NCBI GenBank assembly: GCA_963847445.1
Contig: CAWJZV010000034.1
Location: 1 to 64,000 of the forward strand
From: an uncultured delta proteobacterium
Lineage (GTDB): Bacteria; Desulfobacterota; Binatia; UBA9968
Length of the DNA stretch: 64,000 nucleotides
Reading direction: 5' to 3'
Both the position numbers and the translations under genes were made by a program. This document shows, piece after piece, positions 39,190-47,730 of the stretch. Within the stretch, counting starts at the first letter, position 1; every line of letters starts with the position of its first letter. The notes beneath the pieces were generated by a model. The model did not search any database and was not told the origin of the DNA. It saw only the letters and a list, made by a program, of their open reading frames with translations.

Positions 39190-40356
39190 ATGCTGACGAG
39201 AGCAGAAAACGAAATGTTGACACGAGTCGGGCCGGGCACGCCGGCGGGCGAGTTGCTGCGCCGCTATTGGTTGCCGGTCGGCGTGGCGAGCGAACTCACC
39301 GCGGAGAACCCAACCCAAGTGGTGCGTATCCTGGGCGAGACCTTGGTGTTGTTTCGCGATAAGAGCGGCAATGTCGGCTTGCTCGACGACCGTTGCCCCC
39401 ATCGCGGCGTGTCCCTGTCTTATGGCCGGGTCGAAGCGCGCGGTATCGCCTGCGCGTATCATGGCTGGCTGTACGATACCAAAGGGAACTGTCTGGAGAC
39501 GCCGGCGGAGCCCTGCGATAGCAAATTTTATCGCACCGTCAAACAGAAATCCTATCCGGTGCAAAAACTGGTTGGGCTTTACTGGGCTTATCTCGGTCCA
39601 TTGCCGGCGCCGCTGATCGCCAATTTCGACGTGTGGTTTCGCAAAGACGGCCGCCGTAAGGTCTTCATCCAACCGCAGCTCGACGCCAACTGGTTCCAGC
39701 CCATGGAGAACTCCATGGACCCGGCGCATTTGCAAATTCTCCATCAGGATACCGCCAATCGCGGTCGGGAAATTCAGGACAGCACGCGCGGACTCACCGA
39801 CGATGTTGCTGAGTTTGACTTCTATGAAGTGCCTTACGGTTTGATGAAACGGCGCACCTACAAAAACGGCATGATCGACGAGCATCCGGTGATCTTCCCG
39901 AACGTATTGCGCCAGGGCAACGTCGGACAGATCCGTGTGCCGATGGACGACACCCATACCAAAATCTATTTTGTGCGCTTTTACCCCACCGAGAGCGGTG
40001 AGATTGTCGAGAACGACGAGCCGCCGGTGGAGTACCTCAAGCCTTACAAGAACCCGCCCGACGCGCTCCATCCGTTTACGCGCTTTCGCATGGATGCGGT
40101 GCAGGCGCAGGACCATATGGCGTGGGAAACTCAGGGACCGATTTGCGACCGGACTGAGGAGCGGCTCACCAGCTCGGACCGCGGCGTGATTCTCTTGCGC
40201 GAGGTCATGTTTCGCGAGATGAAAAAAGTGCAACAGGGTCTAGATCCCATGGGCGTTGTCCGCGATCCGGCGAACAATCCGTTCATCGATACCCATCTCT
40301 CGGAATCCATTTTACTGGGTGACTACGATCGCTCGCCGCTCGCCGTCAACCAATAG
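39190..40356 (+). CDS. Rieske oxygenase alpha subunit
   Basis: CPHRG/CAYHGW, ENSMDPAHLQILH and QDHMAWETQG. Confidence 0.93.
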   Translation: MLTRAENEMLTRVGPGTPAGELLRRYWLPVGVASELTAENPTQVVRILGETLVLFRDKSGNVGLLDDRCPHRGVSLSYGRVEARGIACAYHGWLYDTKGNCLETPAEPCDSKFYRTVKQKSYPVQKLVGLYWAYLGPLPAPLIANFDVWFRKDGRRKVFIQPQLDANWFQPMENSMDPAHLQILHQDTANRGREIQDSTRGLTDDVAEFDFYEVPYGLMKRRTYKNGMIDEHPVIFPNVLRQGNVGQIRVPMDDTHTKIYFVRFYPTESGEIVENDEPPVEYLKPYKNPPDALHPFTRFRMDAVQAQDHMAWETQGPICDRTEERLTSSDRGVILLREVMFREMKKVQQGLDPMGVVRDPANNPFIDTHLSESILLGDYDRSPLAVNQ

Positions 40357-40684
40357 CGTCGCGCTTTGCCCGGCGCGCCGCTGTGTTGCCTCCGGTCGGG
40401 CGCATCAAGTTTCACGATTCGCACGGATTCTTCAATTCTGTTAGGTCATTAGCTTGAAATCTCCCGGTCCATTGCGCGGCCCGCGACTACTCGGAAGGGA
40501 TCGACTTTCCCAGCGCAAGGTTAACGCTGCGTTGATCACGCTTTCGCAGATGGCTGGGCTCGGGTAACGGTCGCCCAGCAAAGTTGTTCGGCTCGCCTGT
40601 CCCAAGTCGGCGGCGGGTTGGGGCTTCCGTACCTCGCCATTGAATTGAACCCGAGCGCAGCGCTTTGAGCGCGTCCGGCGCTTC

Positions 40685-40925
40685 TCTGTGCGCCACATCA
40701 CGCTCTGCGAATGAGTGCGCTCGCTGGCACCGGGTCCTGCGGCACGCAGAGCCCTGGCGAGTTTCGCTGCCACTCCGATGATCGACGTGCACTTGCCGAC
40801 GACCGCCGGTCGCGAGCTGATCCTGACCCGCACCAAACCGCCCGAGCTCGAACTCCAACTCCTGCTGGCTAAACTCAAGCTCGGACTCCCAGCACGGCCG
40901 TCGCCCAGAATCACCACCGCTTTTG
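40685..40925 (+). mobile_element. IS1634-family transposase C-terminal remnant
   Basis: HITL..*.RSLAPG...R.AL..FAA..MIDVHLPTT.GRELILTR...PE.ELQLLL.KLKL.LP..P.PRIT matches the IS1634 C-terminus; contains an in-frame stop. Confidence 0.75.
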
Positions 40926-41461
40926 GCGCGCCCTCGGAGCGGAATTTTTCTTTGCTGGGATTCAACGGTCCGCCGCCAAGGCCTCGCCAAGCGGTCTCTT
41001 ACGGAATCGTCAGTCCGAATGAGATTGGCGGTATGCCGGACCACGCGCTGGTCAGTTTCCCTGCGGCTGAGGTCATCACATAGACCGGTAGACTAGCTAG
41101 AGCTTGCGGCGGCGGCAGAGGGGATCAAGTACAAGCAGAGCATTCTACCCAAGAATAACCCAAAGTTCATTGGGCATAGCTGCAAGTGCACGGCCGAAAG
41201 GCAATTTGACGTGTACATCGGCAGGGACTTTTGGACTCCCGGATAGGATTTCATCGACCCCCGGCATCAACAGAAGTATTTAAAAACAAATGTCAATTTT
41301 AAGTAGGTCGGAGAAACCGGGCAAAATGATGAACCCAGTTGGATTTACATTCCAATCGGGCGTTGCTAATCCCAATGCCGCGGGTGTAACCACTAAGAAA
41401 TCTATCCACAACCAGACCAAATTCTGATGGTAGTCCGCGGTGACTTTGCCAACCCTAGCTT

Positions 41462-41557
41462 ATCGGACTTTAATGTCAGTAAAGTAATAACGATAAAGTT
41501 CAAGCTCATCAAACGTTTGCACTGGCTACGTGATCATTACTGACACCAATGTCCGAT
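41462..41557. promoter_or_regulatory. Inverted-repeat pair, candidate sigma-54 enhancer (bEBP UAS)
   Basis: 41462-41482 ATCGGAC-tttaa-TGTCAGTAA versus the reverse complement of 41537-41557, ATCGGAC-attgg-TGTCAGTAA. Confidence 0.6.
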
Positions 41558-41633
41558 TTATTTAACACTGCTGTTGCTATCCCGTCATCAAGTTCTTTTT
41601 CATTGCAGTTTTCAATTAATTTTGTTTCGGAGT

Positions 41634-41648
41634 TGGCATTTACCTTGC
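41634..41648 (+). promoter_or_regulatory. Sigma-54 (-24/-12) promoter
   Basis: TGGCATTTACCTTGC(T), near-consensus, 35 nt upstream of the nusG-paralog ATG. Confidence 0.7.
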
Positions 41649-41682
41649 TCAAGTCAACTTCAACAATTGAATCCACATCACG

Positions 41683-42180
41683 ATGCAAGCTTGGTACGTT
41701 ATTTATACAAAAGCGCAGAAGGAAGAGTTTGCGCAATTCCATTTGAAGTTAAAAAACCTCGAATCGGTTTTTCCTAGACTATTGTTACCGGTATTTTCGC
41801 GCAGGCAAAAGAGAGTTGTTCCGCTGTTCCCCAACTATCTTTTTGTTCGTATGGATTTTGCGAAAGAATATGACTTTGTGCGTTGGTCGCCCGGTGTAAA
41901 ATGTTTCGTTTGTTTTAAGGACACGCCCAATCCTGTGGAAGACGGTGTAGTGGAACATCTTTTAAGTCGGGCGGATCCAAACGGGATCATCGCCGCGCGA
42001 CCTAACCTAAGAAAAGGCCAAGAGGTGAGACTTTGCGGTAGTTCACTGGCTGGGCTTGATGGAATTATTAGAAATCCTCCTGACGCAAAAGGGCGGGTTA
42101 CATTGCTCTTGAGCCTCTTCAAGCGCGATATCGAAGCGGAGGCGCGTTTAGAGCATATCGAGAGTAGTTGGCTGATTTAG
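41683..42180 (+). CDS. NusG-paralog transcription antiterminator (RfaH/UpxY/LoaP-like)
   Basis: WYVIYTK...E..A, PLFPNYLFV, VRWSPGV..FV and a KOW-like C-terminus; heads a polysaccharide locus. Confidence 0.9.
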   Translation: MQAWYVIYTKAQKEEFAQFHLKLKNLESVFPRLLLPVFSRRQKRVVPLFPNYLFVRMDFAKEYDFVRWSPGVKCFVCFKDTPNPVEDGVVEHLLSRADPNGIIAARPNLRKGQEVRLCGSSLAGLDGIIRNPPDAKGRVTLLLSLFKRDIEAEARLEHIESSWLI

Positions 42181-42217
42181 GGCTTACTAGGTAAGCAGAC
42201 CCGATTGCATTTTGTTC

Positions 42218-42263
42218 TCCGAAGCACATGCTTCGGAAGTTGATATTTTTTTGGTTTTTTTTT
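42218..42263 (+). terminator. Hairpin plus T-rich tract between the nusG paralog and wza
   Basis: TCCGAAGC-ACAT-GCTTCGGA followed after 8 nt by T7-GG-T9. Confidence 0.5.
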
Positions 42264-42320
42264 AGTGTGCAAAGCCAAGTGGCCTTGAGGGGCGGAGCTA
42301 TAACATTAAAATAAGGAAGG

Positions 42321-43112
42321 ATGGCTCCATTGATTATGCGGTTACTAAACAAATCGTCTCTGGCGGGGAAGCGTGCAACGGTTCCCTTTCGAAAAGTTTT
42401 GGCCGTGGCAACGCTTCTGATCTCGCAAACATTCTCTTTGTCGGGTTGCGGGGCTCCAACCAACGTCCAGCCGTTAACGCCCGCAGATATTCCAGTATTG
42501 CACGGTGCGGGAAATTTTCCCCATGAAAAGTACGTAATCGTGCCCGACGATACAATCCAGATTCGTTACACTTATCATCCTGAAATGAGCCAGGAAGTGG
42601 TTGTTCAACCGGACGGTAAAATTACCGCGACCCTTGTGGGACCAATCATCGTCACGGGGATGACGACGGCAAGGCTCGAAGAATTGCTTGTAGAAAAAAC
42701 ATCGGACCAACTCCGGAGACCAGAGGTGGTAGTCGGCATTACTAAATTTGCCGAAAGAAATGTTTATATCGGAGGAGAGGTCGGCAAACCGGGGCTGGTT
42801 CGCTATCGACAGGGACTGACCCCACTTCAGGCGGTCATCGCCGCGGGTGGTTTCCTTGAATCGGCGAGCACCGATAATGTGGTGTTGACACGCACGGGAG
42901 ATTCCCTTAATGAGTCCATCAGCCGCAGATTGAATCTTAGGGAAACAGTCGCCGACGGCATCAAGGAGCCACTCTTTCTTGCCCCGCACGATGTTGTTTA
43001 CGTACCCAGGACTTCGATCGCGGAAGCAAATCTATGGGTGAAACAACACATCACAGAGTTATTCCCTTTTTTGAAAGGGTCCGCCGGTGCGAGCTATCGA
43101 CTGGGACAATAA
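42321..43112 (+). CDS. wza: Polysaccharide export outer-membrane lipoprotein (Wza/OPX)
   Basis: Lipobox LSGC, Y.I.PDD.I.I, V.PDGKI, GEV.KPG, QAVIAAGGF and L.P.DVVYVP. Confidence 0.88.
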   Translation: MAPLIMRLLNKSSLAGKRATVPFRKVLAVATLLISQTFSLSGCGAPTNVQPLTPADIPVLHGAGNFPHEKYVIVPDDTIQIRYTYHPEMSQEVVVQPDGKITATLVGPIIVTGMTTARLEELLVEKTSDQLRRPEVVVGITKFAERNVYIGGEVGKPGLVRYRQGLTPLQAVIAAGGFLESASTDNVVLTRTGDSLNESISRRLNLRETVADGIKEPLFLAPHDVVYVPRTSIAEANLWVKQHITELFPFLKGSAGASYRLGQ

Positions 43113-43171
43113 CCGATAAGCGTATAAACCGTTTCCAAGCCGATATCGTGTAATCCTCGGCATCGATCGAA

Positions 43172-44437
43172 ATGTATAAATCCTACTTTGGTTTTGACGA
43201 AAAGCCGTTCAATGTCACCCCTGACCCACGGTTTTTCTATACCAATCCCGGGTACCAGGAGGCCTACGCAAACCTACTTTACGGCGTTCGTGAACGTAAA
43301 GGCTTTTTGCTGTTGACCGGCGAAGTGGGCACGGGAAAGACTACCATCCTGCAAAGATTGATGGAGGAACTGGAGTCTACGGTTCGCTTCGTCTTCTTTT
43401 ACAACACCAACTTGTCTTTCGAAGAGCTCTTGACCTTCATTTGCCAAGAGCTTGGGTTGCCGGTTAAGGAAGGCGGCCGACTTGAAAAAATCGGCGCCCT
43501 TAATGAATTTCTGCTAAATCAATTAAGGAACGGATCGACGACGGTTTTATTCATTGACGAGGCGCAGAATCTCAAAGCGGAGGTCTTTGAGAATCTACGC
43601 TTACTCTCGAATCTCGAAACGCCCAGGGAGAAGCTTTTGCAGATTGTCCTGGTCGGCCAACCCGAGCTTGAAGCAAAACTCGATCGAACCGACTTGCGAC
43701 AGCTGAAACAGCGAATCTTCTCTCAATCGCGGCTTGGCTCATTGAGCGAGGAAGAGGTGGCGTCCTTTATCGATTATCGACTCAAGGCAGTTGGTTGTCG
43801 TCGAAATGACCTTTTCCCGCGCGATGCGGTCAGGGAGATTGCGCTGTATTCAAAGGGGATCCCGCGCCTCATCAACATCATCTGCGATAACGCATTGCTC
43901 ATAGCCTATGCCGCGTCCGAAACGAAAGTGACTGCCGACATCATAAAAGAGGTCGCTCGTGACATGCGATTGGATACGGGAGTTAAGGTGGGTTCCAGGG
44001 CTCAAGCAGCGAATCTCCAAATCCCGTCTAAAAAAATCAACGAACTCAGTAATCATCCCGCGACCCTTCGGCGCGAATCGCCGGACCCAGCAAGGCCTCT
44101 GACCGCGGCGCCGGAAACGCAGGATGCCACAGTTTCACTGGCAAAAGAGGCGCCGGCACAGGCGAAATCAGAAACCGAAGATATCTCGCAAGCCTTTCTG
44201 GATTTGCTGACTAGCGCACTGATCGAGGCCATGGGGCCGATGGCCCCGCGGGTCATTCGGGATCAACTTACTACCCTTGGTACTTCTTCTGCGACTTTGC
44301 CGAAGGGATCGATCAAAAGGCTTGTCGAGTCAGTTAGCGCGGAAATTCTTGATGATGTGCTACGAGCAGGTTTTCAAAAAAAAATCTCCACCTTGGTGGG
44401 CACCCTAAACGGGAACGGTAGGAATGCTAACGCCTGA
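43172..44437 (+). CDS. ExeA/GspA-like AAA ATPase with an extra C-terminal helical domain
   Basis: MY.SYFGF..KPF..TPDPRF, GEVGTGKTT, IDEAQNL, LVGQPEL, LRQL.QR and GIPRLIN.ICDNAL. Confidence 0.92.
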   Translation: MYKSYFGFDEKPFNVTPDPRFFYTNPGYQEAYANLLYGVRERKGFLLLTGEVGTGKTTILQRLMEELESTVRFVFFYNTNLSFEELLTFICQELGLPVKEGGRLEKIGALNEFLLNQLRNGSTTVLFIDEAQNLKAEVFENLRLLSNLETPREKLLQIVLVGQPELEAKLDRTDLRQLKQRIFSQSRLGSLSEEEVASFIDYRLKAVGCRRNDLFPRDAVREIALYSKGIPRLINIICDNALLIAYAASETKVTADIIKEVARDMRLDTGVKVGSRAQAANLQIPSKKINELSNHPATLRRESPDPARPLTAAPETQDATVSLAKEAPAQAKSETEDISQAFLDLLTSALIEAMGPMAPRVIRDQLTTLGTSSATLPKGSIKRLVESVSAEILDDVLRAGFQKKISTLVGTLNGNGRNANA

Positions 44438-44472
44438 GAAGTGCGGGATCATGGCTCGAGAGCCGGGGGGGT

Positions 44473-45189
44473 ATGAATCTAATCGGAACGGTCAGGCGTA
44501 ACCTTGTTGTTTTGATTGCGATCCTTGGGCTTATCATCCCAGGCATCATATACCATTTTTTGGGTCGTATCCTGCGCGAACGATTCGAACAACAGGCGTC
44601 GGTTGTCGCGATTAACTTGGCTGATTCTGCGGCGGGTTATGTCGTTAGCAGAGATGTTTTGCAGCTGCGCACTTTAGTGGCGAAGTACGGCCGTCTCGAT
44701 GGAGTCGCATATGCCCTTATTCAAGACCGTGAAGGAAATGTGCTAGCGAACAGTCTGGGAGTTATGCCACCGGGACTCCACGAAGACTTTCCCTCCGGTC
44801 AGCAGCGGGAAGTCATCCGACGAACGCTGACCCTACAAGAGAAAATCGTCTACGAGTCTCGGGGGCCGATTCTCGAGGGGCAATTGGGAAGCGTACGTCT
44901 AGGAATCTGGGCGGATACGGTCCAAAGCGGGATTTACCAAGGGTTTCTGCTTTTGCTGGGTCCTATCGCATTAGTTCTCATCGCCGCGGCAGCCGTCGCT
45001 GTCCTCATGGCAGGACGATTAATTAGACGCCTTCGCCGGTTGATGGAAATTGCCGGAAGGATGAGCACGGGAGACCTCGATACGCCGGTTAGAGCGGAAT
45101 CACAGGACGAGTTCGGAGAATTGACCCATTCTCTCGAGCGCATGAGGGCGAGCTTGAAGGCCGCGATGATGCGTCTCGATCAGAATTGA
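44473..45189 (+). CDS. Membrane protein with two TM helices and a terminal HAMP domain (no output domain)
   Basis: RL...A.RMSTGDLDTPV...SQDEFGEL..SLERMR, then ends. Confidence 0.82.
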   Translation: MNLIGTVRRNLVVLIAILGLIIPGIIYHFLGRILRERFEQQASVVAINLADSAAGYVVSRDVLQLRTLVAKYGRLDGVAYALIQDREGNVLANSLGVMPPGLHEDFPSGQQREVIRRTLTLQEKIVYESRGPILEGQLGSVRLGIWADTVQSGIYQGFLLLLGPIALVLIAAAAVAVLMAGRLIRRLRRLMEIAGRMSTGDLDTPVRAESQDEFGELTHSLERMRASLKAAMMRLDQN

Positions 45190-45365
45190 TCACGGCGTGT
45201 GCCCTGGACGAAGCGTAGAAGAACGAAAAATCAACCGAAGACAAGAAAAATAAGCCATTATCCTGTGGCAGTCCTTCCTTGCTCAAATAGGTAAACTGGA
45301 CATGAAGTTGTCACCAAACCTCCCTGGATTTTGATAATTCTTACTAATTGAATGCGGAGATCGCC

Positions 45366-46873
45366 ATGGCCCAAGAAATCACACCCGTTGGCTCTTTCTA
45401 TCCAACCTATCTCCCTCCCGCCCAGAGGCTGCCGGGATAGGCGAGATCACGAAACAGGTTTGCTTCGTGGCGTTTAAATGGAACCGTGTAATCGTCGGCG
45501 TTTTTCTTGTTTTCACCATCGCAGCCGCAATTGCCATGTGGCTGAAACCACCGGTTAGAACGGCGACCGCGGAGATCTTGATTAAGGTGGATCGAGCGCC
45601 GATGCAGATTTCAGGTCTGGCAGGAAGAGCTGATAAGAGCCAGGTTGTCCAAATCATGAACTCGGAAGTACAGTTGATTGAAAGCCGGCAAGTCTTGGAA
45701 GCCGTCGCTATCAAGCTTTTGTCCCGTCCGGGCGAGAAGATCGATAAGGACGAACTTGAAGATAAGATCAGTTCCCTTGCGGGCAGTGTATTTCCGGTTC
45801 CCCTACCGGATTCCAATGTCCTGCAGGTCACGTATTTGGCGAAGACCGGCGAGGAAGCCGCGAAGACTCTCGGCCTGATCATTGAAGAATACATAGAGGC
45901 GCAAGCTGCGATTCAAAGCGGTTCAAATAGACTGCTGAAATTCTACGAGCAGGAGAAACAGAGAGTCGAAACCGAACTCCGGCAGGCAGAAGACCAATTG
46001 AATCAATGGCAGGGGAAGAACCAAACCGTTTCAATCGTTCAAGAGATCACTACTCAGATAGATTTACTGGAGCATCGAACAAAAGAGCTGCAGCAAGCGG
46101 ACGCCTCGCTTCAAGGGACAAAAGCAAAAATGGCTATGGTGCGGAGCCAACTTAACGTACAACCGGAGCGCTTGTTGACGGGACAAGATCAGGTGAGTAA
46201 TCCGTTGGCTGTCAAACTGAAAGAACAACTCGTTACGGCTGAAGTTGCGCTTCAAGACCTGCTCGGGCGCTTTACCGAGAAGCACCGTACTGTTGTCGAG
46301 AAAAGGGAGCAGATCGCCCTGCTCAAAAAGGAATTGGCGGCGGTACAGGAAAACATCATAGGGCGGGAAACAACCGCCTTAAATCCGCTCAAAGAGAATC
46401 TCAAACAACAGTTCTCAGATGCTCAAGCCCATTTGAGTTCTCTAACGTCGCAGAAGGAAACTCTGCAAAAACAGGTCGACGAGGCCTCGAGCGTGCTTGC
46501 CGGTATGCGCGAAAAGAAGGTAAAGATCGATGAACTGTCCCGCCTGGTGGAACTCCACAAAGACGCTTTCATGCTTTATGGGAAGAAGTTGGAAGAAGGT
46601 CGGATTGCCACCGGCCTGGGCAAGGAGCAGTTAGCCAATGTTGCGCTCATCGGGCCGGCTCGCGCGACCACCGGCACGGATCTTACTAAACGACTTACCA
46701 TGATTTTTCTAGCTGCTTTCGTCGGTTTGGCGCTGGGAATGGCCCTTGCTTTCGGACTTGAGTTTATGAATAGTGCGATCCGCACGCGACAAGACGTTGA
46801 GTACTATCTCGGCCTACCCGTGTTGGCAACGGTTCCAGAGTTGTCTGCACGGCCATTGATGTTGAATGAGTAA
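45366..46873 (+). CDS. Polysaccharide co-polymerase (Wzz/GumC/Wzc N-terminal part); 5' end frameshifted
   Basis: TM-coiled coil-TM layout with VE.YLGLPVLATVP. The ATG at 45366 has the same GGAGATCGCCATGG context as 46888 but is out of frame with 45467. Confidence 0.85.
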
Positions 46874-46887
46874 CACGGGAGATCGCC

Positions 46888-47697
46888 ATGGGTAGAACAC
46901 ATGAAGCGTTAAAAAAAGCCGAGAGAGAAAAGAGCAATGGCACTGCTAAAGAGAACGGCAAAGCGACTCGCGGAGAAGACGGCGCTCAGTTTAACGAGAA
47001 AAACTTCTCGTCAAATGGTCATCCCGCGCCGACGAGCTATCTTCGAGATCCACAAGGATCTGTTTTGGAGTACGAAAAAATCGGCGCTTGGCTAACCAAT
47101 CCGGCGCTCCGGGGCAAGCGGCTTCAAACCGTCATGGTTGTGGCTCCCCGGTCAGGCACAGGCAATACCACTACCGCAGCTTTACTCGCCGAAACCCTTG
47201 CGAACGTCAAGAAAAGACGCGTGCTGATCATCGATAGTAATTTTCGCACGCCCGCGCTGAATATGGTTTTTCAGGTAAAAAACGATGGCGGGTTCATTGA
47301 GGTTGCATCCGATGACTTGTCGTTTGACGCGCATATTCAAGCCACCAACCGCCCCAATCTTTTTGTTTTAACCAGCGGGCAGATTTCGATCAGCCCGGCA
47401 GAAGTTTTCGAAGGAGATGCGGTCGATCGGCTCATGGCCAAGCTTAAGGAAAGGTTTGACTTCATTGTTTTCGACGCCGCCCCCGTGATGGAGTTCCCAG
47501 ATTCCTTCGCGCTCGCCTCCAAGGTCGATAGCGTCATCTTGGTGGCCCGATCCGAAAAGACTTCGATTGAGGATGCCCAAAGGGCCAAATTGAATATCGA
47601 ACAGGCCGGGGGACGAATCCTCGGCGTCGTCTTAAATGGCCAGAAAGATTATACGCCGTCTTTCCTGAAAAGGTTTTTCTTCCTGCAAACAGCCTAA
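46888..47697 (+). CDS. CpsD/CapB-family BY-kinase homolog with a degenerate Walker A
   Basis: GTGNTTT, RVLIIDSNFRTP, FDFIVFDAAP and ILGVVLN. Confidence 0.88.
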   Translation: MGRTHEALKKAEREKSNGTAKENGKATRGEDGAQFNEKNFSSNGHPAPTSYLRDPQGSVLEYEKIGAWLTNPALRGKRLQTVMVVAPRSGTGNTTTAALLAETLANVKKRRVLIIDSNFRTPALNMVFQVKNDGGFIEVASDDLSFDAHIQATNRPNLFVLTSGQISISPAEVFEGDAVDRLMAKLKERFDFIVFDAAPVMEFPDSFALASKVDSVILVARSEKTSIEDAQRAKLNIEQAGGRILGVVLNGQKDYTPSFLKRFFFLQTA

Positions 47698-47730
47698 CCG
47701 GATTGCCACCGCTCCGGTTTTTCCTATTTC

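Noticed and set aside
1-40356. Mass pseudogenisation of catabolic and transport genes
   Set aside because: The lesions are almost all single-base indels with intact motifs on both sides and no accumulated in-frame stops, which is the signature of long-read error.
40441-41083. Functional genes in overlapping ORFs around the IS remnant
   Set aside because: They are read-throughs or antisense frames of decayed transposase sequence, with no independent motifs.
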